A stretch of DNA of 64,000 bases, taken from assembly GCA_034530615.2 (NCBI GenBank), contig JAVRCV020000041.1, positions 192,001 through 256,000 of the forward strand, written 5' to 3'. Under the pieces are notes generated by a model that did no database searches, was not told the DNA's origin, and saw only the letters and a list, made by a program, of their open reading frames with translations. The position numbers and the translations under genes are program-made. The first letter of the stretch is position 1. Each line of letters starts with the position of its first letter. This document shows, one piece after another, positions 19,922-30,653 of the stretch. Origin of the DNA: Aulosira sp. ZfuVER01 (lineage in GTDB: Bacteria > Cyanobacteriota > Cyanobacteriia > Cyanobacteriales > Nostocaceae).

Positions 19922-20572
19922 CTATTTTGTAGTCCGGGAAGCGATGACGGCATAAAACGGATCTCCTCCAGGTGCGCCCAACCATTGAAGTACAGCCGGG
20001 ATGCTTGGTTTACTGACAATGACTTCTGGGTTAGAAAATCCGGGGACAGAGGCAAAATAGCTTTTGACTAGTTCAACTCTGCTTTCTTCGGATGCATCTC
20101 GCCAAGCTTGAATTGCTTTTTGAAAAAACATCCGGTTAGAAAAGCTGATAATAGCTACACCACCAGGTTTAAGGATGCGGTGGATTTCAGAAAAGACTGC
20201 TTCTGGATATTGCACATATTGTACGGAAACACAGTTGAGAACAGCATCAAAATCTCGATCTTGTAAAGGCAACTGTGGATTATCATTGATATCTTGTACA
20301 AAGTAATGATTTAATCGGGGATTACGTGCTAATTCTTCAGTATTGAGTCCGTGTCCCTCAACATGGGCAAACTGCATTTCTTCCGGCAGATGAGATACCC
20401 AACTGCTCATCATGTCTAAGATGCGTGTGTTAGGTTTGAGACGAACGCGATATACATCTGTTAGCTGTTTAATAAACGCTTCATCAACATGGGTAACAAA
20501 GCGTGGATAGTCATAAAACAGTTTGTCATTTGTGTCATCTAACTTTAGGCGTTGATTTGGTCGAAGTATCAT
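19922..20572 (-). CDS. Class I SAM-dependent methyltransferase
   Basis: PRFVTHVD, ILDMMSSWVSHLP, EIHRILKPGG. Confidence 0.9.
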   Translation of the reverse strand: MILRPNQRLKLDDTNDKLFYDYPRFVTHVDEAFIKQLTDVYRVRLKPNTRILDMMSSWVSHLPEEMQFAHVEGHGLNTEELARNPRLNHYFVQDINDNPQLPLQDRDFDAVLNCVSVQYVQYPEAVFSEIHRILKPGGVAIISFSNRMFFQKAIQAWRDASEESRVELVKSYFASVPGFSNPEVIVSKPSIPAVLQWLGAPGGDPFYAVIASRTTK

Positions 20573-20725
20573 AGCTTAAATGTCTATTTGGGAGGATTTT
20601 TTACCTAACTGAGTTAATTTCAGTTAGGATTTTAATCGAGTAATTTGGATGCTGCTTTACATATTTTAAAAGTAGGATTACAAATAAATAAAATTTACTT
20701 CGCAACATTCAATTCGTACTAATTA

Positions 20726-22399
20726 ATGTTGTACAAAAAACGAGTATTTCCGAGTTTAGAGCGGCAAATTCACCTTTTGGTGAGATTTCCCTATGTCAGT
20801 TTGTTAATTTGGCTACTTCCTTTACTGCTCTGCAATTCTGGACAAAGTAGCTTGATAGCACATGATGAAGGTTATTATGCTGGGCGCGCTCGCCAGATGT
20901 TTGAATCTGGCGATTGGATAGCTCCTTGGGGTAATGCCCATCATAAAACTCCGGGGCCTTATTGGTTAATTGCTAGTTTTTATAGATTATTTGGTGTGAG
21001 CGAATTTAGTGCGCGACTTCCGAGTGCGATCGCAGGGATTTTTTGCTTATTGACTCTATATGAAATTGGCAAAATTCTCTTAGGTCAAAGAATAGCATGG
21101 CTAGCAGCTACTATTTTAAGTGTGGAATTTCTCTGGCTACAATCATGCCGATTAGCTGCACCAGATATTCCGATGATTCTCTTGGTACTTTTAGCTATTT
21201 TATCTTTCTTAAAAGCTGAAATAAATCCTAAACAAAGCTCTTATTGGCTTTTTATTGCTGGGTTAAGTTTTGGTTTGGGCTTCTTAATGAGAAGCTTTAT
21301 GATTTTTTTGCCCATGATGGCTTTATTACCTTATTTAATTGGCGAGCATCGCCGTCATTATCATCTTGCTAATCCAATGTTGTATTTAGGATTGGCAGTG
21401 GGTTTAATTCCTACATTAGCTTGGGTTTGGTTAAGTTGGTTACGCTATGGTTATGAAAGTTTTGATCGGTTGTTAGGATTTGTGGTAGAGCTAGGTTCTG
21501 AAGACCGCAACCATAATGGAGTATTGTACTATTTCTGGAATATTCCTTTAAAAGCCTTTCCTTGGGGTTTTTTCAGTATTTTAGGAATTGCTGTGGCGCT
21601 GCGTCATCCAATTCCTCGCTACCAGTTGATTTTAGTTGGGGTTCCCTTAGTTTGGTTTACTGAACTAAGTATTTTCTCAACACGTCTTTCTCACTATGCT
21701 CTTGGTCTTTATCCTTTTATAGCAATGTTTGCGGCTTTAGGTTTAGACTGGTTGGGCAAAATTTACCAAAGAGGATTTAGACACCAAACAGCTTTTCATC
21801 AAGAGGATAAAGGAAATATTTTAGTTTCATTTATTAGAGAAACTAGAGAGAATCTTCCTCGGAACCTCAGTTATGCTTTTGGTGTACTAGGTATTGTAGT
21901 TTTGCTAGTAAGTACTATTGCCTTAACTTTCAGCAGTAATTTTTTTATTAACCAACGTGCAACCTTAGGTTTAATTTTAGGATTAGGGTGGCTAATGTTA
22001 CCTTTTATGTGGATCGGTCATTACTACTTGGGTAAAAAGTTCTTGACTGATAATTGGTGGATAGCTTGTTGGTTACTTCCCTGCTGGCTAACTTTAGCTA
22101 TGGCTGGTAGCTTAGGCTTGTTAAGCGACTATAACCCTGAATTTAAAGCTTTTTTCCAAAAACCAGCGATCGCCCCTCTTCTCCAGACTCATCCTGTCTC
22201 TTTTGCCCAAGTAGAAGATAAAAACTCTGTACTACTAAATTTCTACACTCCAATTCCTGGCCCTAGGGTAGATGCAATTTCCCAATTACCAGCTTTGAGC
22301 TATGCTTGGATATCTGCACCACAGAACCCGCAATTATCCACTTCTTACCGCGTTATTGCTACACTACAAGAGTACCAGCTGATTCAAGTCCTTCCCTAA
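20726..22399 (+). CDS. ArnT/PMT-family (GT39/GT83-like) membrane glycosyltransferase
   Basis: HDEGYYA, KTPGPYWL, ARLPSA, multiple TM segments. Confidence 0.88.
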   Translation: MLYKKRVFPSLERQIHLLVRFPYVSLLIWLLPLLLCNSGQSSLIAHDEGYYAGRARQMFESGDWIAPWGNAHHKTPGPYWLIASFYRLFGVSEFSARLPSAIAGIFCLLTLYEIGKILLGQRIAWLAATILSVEFLWLQSCRLAAPDIPMILLVLLAILSFLKAEINPKQSSYWLFIAGLSFGLGFLMRSFMIFLPMMALLPYLIGEHRRHYHLANPMLYLGLAVGLIPTLAWVWLSWLRYGYESFDRLLGFVVELGSEDRNHNGVLYYFWNIPLKAFPWGFFSILGIAVALRHPIPRYQLILVGVPLVWFTELSIFSTRLSHYALGLYPFIAMFAALGLDWLGKIYQRGFRHQTAFHQEDKGNILVSFIRETRENLPRNLSYAFGVLGIVVLLVSTIALTFSSNFFINQRATLGLILGLGWLMLPFMWIGHYYLGKKFLTDNWWIACWLLPCWLTLAMAGSLGLLSDYNPEFKAFFQKPAIAPLLQTHPVSFAQVEDKNSVLLNFYTPIPGPRVDAISQLPALSYAWISAPQNPQLSTSYRVIATLQEYQLIQVLP

Positions 22400-22477
22400 G
22401 AGAGATGGCAATCAACTGTTGCCAAGAAAGCTTTGTCTAGTTAGAATAATATTACGCACACTAAATAATTAGTTGAC

Positions 22478-22945
22478 ATGGTGTCTATATCTAAGGATTC
22501 TGAAGTTTTGGAGTCGTGGCAGCAAGTTCTGGCACCATATAACATTGGCTACCGAATCAAGTTGCTCTCGCAACTGCTGACTCGTAAGTTTACTGAAAAG
22601 CTAGAACCTTTCGGATTGACACCCTTTCACTGGTTAGTATTGTGCTGTTTGTGGGAAGAAGATGGTTTACCAACTTCCAGTATTGGCGACAAGCTCAAAC
22701 AGGTGGGAGGGACTTTAACTGGCGTATTAGATCGCATGGAAGAACGCGGTTTAGTGCGTCGAGAACGAGATATTCACGATCGCCGCATCTGGCGAATTTG
22801 GCTAACGGATGCTGGTAAGGAACTAGAAACAGTTTTACCCCCCCTAGCCGCAGAGTTACGCGATGAAGCCATGTCCGGTATTTCTCATGCTGAACGAGAA
22901 TTATTTTCCCAATTATTGAATCGAGCGATCGCTAATTTGAGTTGA
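22478..22945 (+). CDS. MarR family transcriptional regulator
   Basis: LTGVLDRMEERGLVRR...DRR...LTDAG winged-helix pattern. Confidence 0.94.
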   Translation: MVSISKDSEVLESWQQVLAPYNIGYRIKLLSQLLTRKFTEKLEPFGLTPFHWLVLCCLWEEDGLPTSSIGDKLKQVGGTLTGVLDRMEERGLVRRERDIHDRRIWRIWLTDAGKELETVLPPLAAELRDEAMSGISHAERELFSQLLNRAIANLS

Positions 22946-23085
22946 AGGGAACAGGGGGACAAGGGGGACAAGGGGGAGCCACTGCGTTGCGCGGGTTCCC
23001 CGCGTTGTAGCAAGCGACGTTGACAAGGGAGCAGGGGAGAAATAACCAATGCCCAATGCCCAATGCCCTTTGACTCTTGACAACC
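22946..23085. repeat. STRR tracts plus small dispersed palindromic repeat
   Basis: GGGGACAAG and CCAATGC tandem units around GAGCCACTGCGTTGCGCGGGTTCCCCGCG... Confidence 0.7.
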
Positions 23086-23301
23086 TGAGCGCGAAATCTC
23101 CAAGTTTATTTACGTAACACCTGAGGAAGTCTATCTGTAGAAGAAGCTACAATCACCCAATTGGGTGAAGTACTGTAAAGTTTTGTTTTGCATAATAATA
23201 CTACGCATACGAAGGGAACGATAGATGAAGGCTAGCAATTAAATAATACGTACTCTAAGTAAAAATCTTAATTTAATCATTGAGTAAGTGGGTTAACAAT
23301 C

Positions 23302-24810
23302 ATGGGCGCTAATTCTTGGAACGGACACAAAAAAGGCAATACCTCTGTTATCGACAAAGAACTAATTACTGATGTAGAGAGTTTAGAGGCTGTTACCGCC
23401 AAGACTTCCGCCAGTGCAGAAGCAACCGTTGTAACTCCCGAAGCTCCTACAGAACCGCAAACTGATGTCCATCAAGAGCCAGAGATAGAGAAAAAGGTTG
23501 ACAAGAAAGGTAAAAAACCGATTGGTTTGATTTTAGCTGGCGTGGGTTTAGGTGCGATCGCTGCTGGTGGTTTTGGTTATCACTACTGGCAATATGCTTC
23601 TACCCACGAATCAACAGATAACGCTACTGTAGTGGGAAACATTCACCAAGTTTCTAGCCGGATTCCTGGAACTGTCAGTCAGGTACTAGTGAATGATAAC
23701 CAACTGGTACAACCAGGACAATTATTAGTCAAACTCGATCCACAAGATTATCAAAGTAAAGTACAGCAAGCGCAAGCAGCGCTAGAAACTGCACGTGGAC
23801 AGGCGCAAGCTGCACAAGCAAATATTGCGTTAGCTTCACAAACCTCTAGTGGTAAAACAACTCAAGCGCAAGGAGATGTCAGCAGTGCTGTCGCCGCAAT
23901 TTCCACAGCGCAAGCCGCAGTTAAAGAAGCCCAAGCTGGGATACCCGCAGCCCAAGCTGAAGTCCAACTAGCGCAAGCCGGGATACCCGCCGCCCAAGCC
24001 CAGGTAGCGCAGGCTGATGCTAATTTGGCAAAAGCCCAAACAGACTACAACCGTTACAACAGTTTGTTTAAAGAAGGCGCAATTGCGCGGCAGCAGCTAG
24101 ATACAGCCAAGGCAGCTTATGATGTAGCCGTAGCACAGAAAAATGCGGCGGTTCAGGGAGTAGAACAAGCACAAGCGAGGTTAGCCTCTGCAAAAGTGGG
24201 TGTAGCAAAAGCCCAATCTCAACTTGCGCAAGCACAACAAGGTGTAACCAGCGCCCAAGCTAAACTAGCAGCCTCTAAAGGAGGATTGCAACAAGCCACC
24301 GCTACCGGACAAGACACCGCAGTTAAACAGAGTCAGTACGAAGCAGCAAAAGCTGCGATCGCGCAAGCGGAAGCATCCCTCAAAGACGCGCAGCTACAGC
24401 TTTCTTACACCAACATTACCGCGCCTAGCGCCGGACGGGTAGGTAGAAAAAACGTGGAAGTTGGGAACCGGGTGCAAGTAGGAACACCATTAATGGCGAT
24501 CGTAGATAACAGCTATTGGGTAGTAGCGAACTTTAAAGAAACCCAATTGAATAAAATGCAGCCCGGAGAACCAGTAGAAATCAAGCTGGATGCTTTTCCT
24601 AATCACCCCTTTACAGGTCGTGTTGACAGTATATCCCCAGCCTCTGGTGCGCAATTTGCTTTATTACCACCAGATAACGCCACTGGTAACTTCACCAAAA
24701 TTGTCCAACGCATTCCTGTCAAAGTAATTTTCGACCAAAAGAGTATCCAGGGATATGAGTCTCGAATTACGCCTGGGATGTCTGCGGAAATTGCTGTAGA
24801 GGTTAAATAA
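23302..24810 (+). CDS. HlyD/EmrA family efflux periplasmic adaptor
   Basis: TM anchor, STDNA, long Ala/Gln coiled coil, VVANFKETQL, NATGNFTKIVQRIPV. Confidence 0.94.
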   Translation: MGANSWNGHKKGNTSVIDKELITDVESLEAVTAKTSASAEATVVTPEAPTEPQTDVHQEPEIEKKVDKKGKKPIGLILAGVGLGAIAAGGFGYHYWQYASTHESTDNATVVGNIHQVSSRIPGTVSQVLVNDNQLVQPGQLLVKLDPQDYQSKVQQAQAALETARGQAQAAQANIALASQTSSGKTTQAQGDVSSAVAAISTAQAAVKEAQAGIPAAQAEVQLAQAGIPAAQAQVAQADANLAKAQTDYNRYNSLFKEGAIARQQLDTAKAAYDVAVAQKNAAVQGVEQAQARLASAKVGVAKAQSQLAQAQQGVTSAQAKLAASKGGLQQATATGQDTAVKQSQYEAAKAAIAQAEASLKDAQLQLSYTNITAPSAGRVGRKNVEVGNRVQVGTPLMAIVDNSYWVVANFKETQLNKMQPGEPVEIKLDAFPNHPFTGRVDSISPASGAQFALLPPDNATGNFTKIVQRIPVKVIFDQKSIQGYESRITPGMSAEIAVEVK

Positions 24811-25109
24811 GCCATTTGTTATTGATGAAGGGAACAGGGAACATTCTTATGGGAATCTCTCTGTTCCCTTTTAATTATCAGTTGCTAATTAGCTATAACT
24901 AATGACCGATGAATTTTGAGTAAAAAAATTTCTATGATGTCCGGTAAATTATCCTGAATTTTCTCTAAACAACCCCGCATCAAAGCCATGCTTTTTCTAC
25001 TTTCTATGCAAGCAAGAATGGTTAGAAAATGAGGAGGATTTATTATGATAAATTGCCGAAAATAATTATTTTTTGGTGCTATCTAGCTAGAACAAACAAC
25101 TAATGAGCA

Positions 25110-26381
25110 ATGAGAAAACTAAAGCTGCTTCTACCTGCATTAAAATCCAAAAACTACCGTTTGTTTTTTGCCGGACAAGGTATTTCCCTAATTGGAACTT
25201 GGATGACGCAACTGGCTACGATTTGGCTAGTTTATAGTTTAACTAACTCTCCATTAATGTTGGGAGTTGTAGGATTTACCAGTCAAATCCCTAGTTTTTT
25301 TCTCGCTCCCTTTGGGGGTGTTTTTGTAGACCGATTTTCGCGTTATCGTACCTTAATTGGTACGCAAATTATGGCGATGATTCAGTCGTTAGCATTAGCG
25401 GTACTGGCGCTAACTGGTGTGATTCAGGTATGGCACATCATTGCTTTAAGCTTATTTCAGGGATTTATTAACGCCTTAGATGCACCAGCCAGACAAGCAT
25501 TTGTACCAGAACTAGTGGAAAAAAGAGAAGATTTAGCCAATGCGATCGCCATCAACTCAACCATGATTAATGGAGCGAGATTAATTGGCCCGGCGATCGG
25601 TGGTTTGCTTATTGCTAAAATTGGCGCTGCTTACTGTTTTCTTATTGATGGTTTAAGCTATATTGCTGTGATTGCTGCTTTATTGGCAATGAAAATTAAA
25701 CCTTGGCAAGTTCCAGTAAGTAATGGCAATCCTCTACAAAAAGTTAAAGAGGGATTTGTTTATGCTTTTAGCTTTCCACCAATCCGAGCAATATTGTTGC
25801 TATCAACTTTAGTTAGCTTAATGGGATTACAAAATACTATTCTTGTACCCATTTTTGCTGAAGAGATTCTTAAAGGAGGAGCAGAAGCATTAGGCTTTTT
25901 GATGGCAGCCTCCGGAGTAGGAGCATTATCGGGTGGTATTTATTTAGCTACACGGCGGACAATACTAGGAATTGGGAAATTAATTGCTATAGCTCCTGCA
26001 ATTTTAGGAGTAGGTTTAATTGGTTTTTCTCTATCTCGATTTTTACCACTTTCTTTATTTACAATGTTGTTTATTGGCTTGGGAACAATTCTCCAAATTG
26101 CCGCCAGTAATACATTTTTACAAACAATTGTAGAAGAAGACAAACGCGGTAGATTGATGAGTTTATATACAATGTCATTTTTAGGAATGATACCTGTAGG
26201 TAATTTATTAGGAGGGTTCTTAGCAAGTCGCCTTGGTGCTCCTAATACATTAATTATTGATGGTATCGCTTGTATTATCGGCTCTATTATTTTTGGCAGA
26301 CAACTACCTGGATTAAGACGACTAGTTATGCCACTCTATGAGCAGAAGGGCATTGTAAAAAGTGTAGAATCTTCAGGATAG
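25110..26381 (+). CDS. MFS transporter (12-TM)
   Basis: NYRLFFAGQGISLIGTWM, DAPARQAF, RGRLMSLY. Confidence 0.92.
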   Translation: MRKLKLLLPALKSKNYRLFFAGQGISLIGTWMTQLATIWLVYSLTNSPLMLGVVGFTSQIPSFFLAPFGGVFVDRFSRYRTLIGTQIMAMIQSLALAVLALTGVIQVWHIIALSLFQGFINALDAPARQAFVPELVEKREDLANAIAINSTMINGARLIGPAIGGLLIAKIGAAYCFLIDGLSYIAVIAALLAMKIKPWQVPVSNGNPLQKVKEGFVYAFSFPPIRAILLLSTLVSLMGLQNTILVPIFAEEILKGGAEALGFLMAASGVGALSGGIYLATRRTILGIGKLIAIAPAILGVGLIGFSLSRFLPLSLFTMLFIGLGTILQIAASNTFLQTIVEEDKRGRLMSLYTMSFLGMIPVGNLLGGFLASRLGAPNTLIIDGIACIIGSIIFGRQLPGLRRLVMPLYEQKGIVKSVESSG

Positions 26382-26431
26382 ATGAGCTGCTATGCATGGA
26401 TATATAACTCCTAAAGCATTCGTAAAAAACA

Positions 26432-26464
26432 AGATTACCAAATTCCCTAGGAAGTTGGTAATCT
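26432..26464. terminator. Hairpin downstream of MFS gene
   Basis: AGATTACCAA...TTGGTAATCT inverted repeat. Confidence 0.45.
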
Positions 26465-26599
26465 GAGCTTTTCAATCCTCAACCACCAATAAAAACTATT
26501 TCTTTTATCTGTTTTGCGTTACGGACATTTTGCTTTAAAGTTTAAAAATAGATACATATTCCTCCTTGCGCGCCTCAATTCTAAAACTGGAGCAATTTT

Positions 26600-28186
26600 A
26601 TGGCTAATACAGGTGCTATCCAGCAGAATACTGCTCTACCACCGGAAAAGATACCTTTAAGAACTTGGATTGGTGTATTAGCCAGTATGCTTGGCGCATT
26701 CATGGCGGTTTTAGATATTCAAATTACTAACGCTTCATTACAAGAAATTCAAGCAAGTTTAGGCGCAACTTTAGAAGAAGGTTCTTGGATTTCGACTGCT
26801 TATCTAGTAGCAGAAATTGTAGTCATCCCACTTACCGGATGGTTATCGCGGGTGTTTTCACTGCGACGCTATCTAATAGTAAATACAGTACTATTTATCT
26901 TTTTTTCTATATGCTGTGCTTGGTCATGGAATCTCAATTCTATGATTATCTTCCGTGCTTTACAAGGCTTCAGTGGTGGGATTTTAATTCCTTCGGCCAT
27001 GACGGTTGTACTGACAACTTTACCGCCATCTAAGCAATCAGTAGGACTAGCTGCATTTGCTATTACCGCAGTTTTTGCACCATCAATTGGCCCGACATTA
27101 GGAGGTTGGTTAACAGAGAATTTTAGTTGGCAGTATAACTTTTATATAAATGTGTTTCCCGGGGTGTTAATGCTGGCCGGAGTATGGTATGGCATTAAAC
27201 AAGACCAACTCCAATTACAGTTGCTAAAACAAGGTGACTGGTGGGGAATTATTTCAATGGCTATTGGGTTAGGTTCCCTACAAGTTGTATTAGAAGAAGG
27301 TAGCCGCAAAGATTGGTTTGGTTCGGCTTTGATTGTCCGCTTAAGTGCGATCGCGGTAATTTTTATAGCATTATTTCTATTTATAGAATTGACTCGCAAG
27401 CAACCATTTATTAATTTAAGATTGGTCCTACGACGTAATTTTGGTTTAGCCAGTATTGTTAACGTCTCCCTAGGGGTGGGATTATATGGTTCAATTTATA
27501 TTTTGCCTTTATATCTTGCTCAAATTCAAAAATATAATGCACTACAAATTGGTGAAGTCCTAATTTGGGCAGGTATTCCTCAATTATTTATTATTCCCTT
27601 TATCCCCAAATTAATGCAGCGCATTGATGTCCGATTAATGGTAGGAGTCGGTGTTTCTCTGTTTGCTGTAAGTGCTTTTATGAACGCCGGGATGACATCT
27701 CAAACGGGGTTAGATCAATTAAGATGGTCACAACTAGTACGCGCAATGGGACAACCATTAATTATGGTTCCACTGAGTAGTATTGCTACAGCTGGATTGA
27801 ATCCTAAAGAAGCGGGTTCGGCAAGTGGTTTATTTAATATGATGCGTAATCTGGGCGGTTCTTTAGGTATTGCAGCCTTAGCAACTTTATTAACTAATCG
27901 AGAGCAATTTCACTCTAATAGATTGGGCGATAGCGTATCTTTATATAATCCAGAAACTCAACAGCGAATCGATCAGATGACCCAATATTTCATCAGTCGA
28001 GGAGCAGATTTGAGTACAGCGCAAAATCAGGCGATCGCATCTATATCTAATATTGTGCGTCGAGAAGCTTTTGTGATGGCTTTTAATGATTGTTTTTACT
28101 TTATTGGCATCGCTTTATTATTAAGCGGGCTGGCTATTATTTTTATCAAAAAAGTAAAAGCTACTGGTGGTGCTGTTGCCCATTAA
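26600..28186 (+). CDS. DHA2 (EmrB/QacA) family MFS efflux transporter
   Basis: FMAVLDIQITN, WISTAYL, GPTLGGWLT, NMMRNLGGS. Confidence 0.94.
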   Translation: MANTGAIQQNTALPPEKIPLRTWIGVLASMLGAFMAVLDIQITNASLQEIQASLGATLEEGSWISTAYLVAEIVVIPLTGWLSRVFSLRRYLIVNTVLFIFFSICCAWSWNLNSMIIFRALQGFSGGILIPSAMTVVLTTLPPSKQSVGLAAFAITAVFAPSIGPTLGGWLTENFSWQYNFYINVFPGVLMLAGVWYGIKQDQLQLQLLKQGDWWGIISMAIGLGSLQVVLEEGSRKDWFGSALIVRLSAIAVIFIALFLFIELTRKQPFINLRLVLRRNFGLASIVNVSLGVGLYGSIYILPLYLAQIQKYNALQIGEVLIWAGIPQLFIIPFIPKLMQRIDVRLMVGVGVSLFAVSAFMNAGMTSQTGLDQLRWSQLVRAMGQPLIMVPLSSIATAGLNPKEAGSASGLFNMMRNLGGSLGIAALATLLTNREQFHSNRLGDSVSLYNPETQQRIDQMTQYFISRGADLSTAQNQAIASISNIVRREAFVMAFNDCFYFIGIALLLSGLAIIFIKKVKATGGAVAH

Positions 28187-28187
28187 G

Positions 28188-28997
28188 TTACACTTTTTGT
28201 TCTGTGACTAAGGTGAGGCTTACCCATTCGCCTTTGTCACTGTAGCTGCGAATCATTCTTTGGCGTAGATTTGGCTGAATTAGCCAACCCGCCTCTAGGA
28301 TAAAACTTTGGCGTAAATTTACTTTTAGTGGAGAAGTAGCAGAAGCGCCATGAGGTAACAGCAATACTTGCATCTGCTTTTGTGGATCTCGATCGAAGTG
28401 AACGATCGCTCCTTTAACAGTAGCACTGGAGGTAATTGTGCGATCGCCATAAGACAGAGTTTGCACAAATCGCCCAGCGTCATCTAGTTCTAATTTCAAG
28501 ATTGTTGAGACAGTGTTAGGAGAACGAAAATCTGTATATATTGTGATTGCTTCACCTCGCCATTCTCCCAACAAATCATCTACCTTGACAGCAGGGCTTT
28601 CTACGGCTTCAGTACCAGCTAAATGTTCAGGAATTAGGGTGAGTTGATCTAGTTGACAGTTTTTATCAAACAGTTGCACCAGACGCAAACGGCGGTTTTC
28701 ATGAATCAAACCTAGTTCCGCGCCAAATTCAGTAAATGGCGCTAATTGAATTGAACCTTGAGAAAATGCACCATTTTCAAAAAACAGAGTACTCTTTCCC
28801 AGAGAACTGTATTCCAGAACTAAATCTTCTTGTCCTTGACGGCGAACAATCTGGCGAATTGTCTGGTTATTATTCAACCCTTCCAGAGAGACAACACTTT
28901 TCACATCTTGCAGTAGTTCACCTTGGGGAGAGAAACGGGTGAATGAACCTTGCCATTCACCCAGATTTTTCAGCAACCGTTCCCATTGAGATGTCAT
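28188..28997 (-). CDS. DUF3598 family protein
   Basis: SQWERLLKNLGEWQGSFT N-terminus and duplicated beta-barrel pattern (LLGEWRGEA). Confidence 0.8.
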   Translation of the reverse strand: MTSQWERLLKNLGEWQGSFTRFSPQGELLQDVKSVVSLEGLNNNQTIRQIVRRQGQEDLVLEYSSLGKSTLFFENGAFSQGSIQLAPFTEFGAELGLIHENRRLRLVQLFDKNCQLDQLTLIPEHLAGTEAVESPAVKVDDLLGEWRGEAITIYTDFRSPNTVSTILKLELDDAGRFVQTLSYGDRTITSSATVKGAIVHFDRDPQKQMQVLLLPHGASATSPLKVNLRQSFILEAGWLIQPNLRQRMIRSYSDKGEWVSLTLVTEQKV

Positions 28998-29102
28998 AGT
29001 GATTTTGTCCTTTGTTTTTTGTCCAGACGATCTGGTAATTGGTTATAAATAAAAATATTTCCAAGGGCAATTTATCTTCTACCCTGGATTTTTATTTTTA
29101 GG

Positions 29103-29234
29103 CTATGGGCTACGTTTAAGACTGCCATCAGCATAAAGTTCCAAAGCAATTAGTTCTAATTTACCGTTGACGACTTGTTTGGAATAAACAATTTTTACAA
29201 AATCTGAGTGTTCATGATGGTTACGAATTAACAT
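29103..29234 (-). CDS. Small 43-aa protein, not in the ORF track
   Basis: MLIRNHHEHSDFVKIVYSKQVVNGKLELIALELYADGSLKRSP*; strong GAGGAGG RBS upstream. Confidence 0.65.
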   Translation of the reverse strand: MLIRNHHEHSDFVKIVYSKQVVNGKLELIALELYADGSLKRSP

Positions 29235-29471
29235 ATTACTTCCTCCTCTTTGATGAACCTATTTCAACCTCCTTTTAACCTTTCTATTTATTTAGTAGGT
29301 TGGTTTTTTGGTTTTATGCAGTTTTGACCAAGATGTCGGCTACTTTTACTGTTGACTGCGTTCTGCCAAAATCACCCCTAAAGCTTTGCATATCGTGGGG
29401 TGTGGCAGAATTGGACAAAAGCACCGGGTGGGAAGTCAAAACAAATCACGCAAAAAGTTGATAGATTCAGA

Positions 29472-30374
29472 CTAACTTCTGGCAAAACGCCGAACAGCAA
29501 ATAAACTCCCCATTAATCCCACAGATGCACCAAAGCTCAAGAGAATTAGGGGTAATAATAAGATTTGTACGGTAGTTAGTTGCAAACCTTTGGTAATAAA
29601 TTGAATAAACTCAGGCTGATTGGCGACTAGGTTTCCGAGAAACTGTTGAACTAGAGAAATCAAACTCCAGGCGATCGCACCGCCGATTACACCAAAAGTT
29701 ATACCTTGCAAAATAAAAGGTAAGTAAATCCAAGCACTAGTTGCACCGACTAACTGCATGATTTCTATTTCTTGTCGTCGCGCCATCACAATTAAGCGGA
29801 TGGTAATGCTAGTGACTGCGATCGCAGTTAAGGTGAGGAGGATGGTAATTGTCAAAGTAATCCAGTTGAGACCTTCGTGCAACTGAGCAATGCGTTTAAC
29901 TGCTTCATCGACATATTGCACGGTACTCACTCCCGGTAACTTAGCCAACTGCGTTGCTAACTTCGGCACAACTTCAGTGTTCCGGGCTTTTACCTTCACT
30001 TCATCAACTAGAGGATTTTCTCCTAGCTGCTGGTTAGCACCTTCAATATCAGAAATTCTCAGTTCCTTAACTAACTTACTCCAAGCTTGCTCTTTGGTAA
30101 TTGTTTTTGTTGCTACCACCTCTGGCATTTTTGTCACCAGTGGTTCAATAGTTGCCGCTGATGTACCTGAATCAAGATACACTGAAACTTCCATCTGGCT
30201 ACCGAACTGGTAAAGGAGTTTTTCTAATTGCCAGGAAGTTTGCAGACTCATCCCAAATAAAAACAGCAATACCGTTACAGTACTCACAGCTGCCCAATTC
30301 ATCCAACCCCCGCGCAGCAAGCCTAGGAAAGTTTCTTTGAGCAGGTAGTCAAGTTTATTTAAAAATTTCAACAC
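29472..30374 (-). CDS. ftsX: Cell division ABC transporter permease FtsX
   Basis: 1+3 TM layout, ITKEQA, ENPL, TIRL...RRQEIEIMQLVGAT..WIYLPF. Confidence 0.92.
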   Translation of the reverse strand: MLKFLNKLDYLLKETFLGLLRGGWMNWAAVSTVTVLLFLFGMSLQTSWQLEKLLYQFGSQMEVSVYLDSGTSAATIEPLVTKMPEVVATKTITKEQAWSKLVKELRISDIEGANQQLGENPLVDEVKVKARNTEVVPKLATQLAKLPGVSTVQYVDEAVKRIAQLHEGLNWITLTITILLTLTAIAVTSITIRLIVMARRQEIEIMQLVGATSAWIYLPFILQGITFGVIGGAIAWSLISLVQQFLGNLVANQPEFIQFITKGLQLTTVQILLLPLILLSFGASVGLMGSLFAVRRFARS

Positions 30375-30414
30375 ACATTATGACTCCGATATGCGAATTT
30401 CGCACCCAGATGTA

Positions 30415-30508
30415 GAAGACGCGGAGACTGTGGGACGCGGTGACGCGGGGAAAATTTATTGAAAAATATCTCCGTGTCCCCGCGTCTTCCCCTCTCCGTG
30501 TCTTCTTC
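30415..30508. repeat. Inverted array of GACGCGG-type octamer repeats
   Basis: GAAGACGCGGAGA...GACGCGG left arm and CCGTGTC/CCGCGTC...TCTTC right arm. Confidence 0.7.
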
Positions 30509-30653
30509 GTAGTGCGACATCACATTTATACTCGACGGTAGAGAGTTTGGGTATTTTGTGTCAATTACCGCAGAGTATGGAAGATTTCTCCCCTAAGGAG
30601 ATTGATAGAATTAGATGTAGTAGGAATTTTCACAATCTAGCCGATAAGGAATC

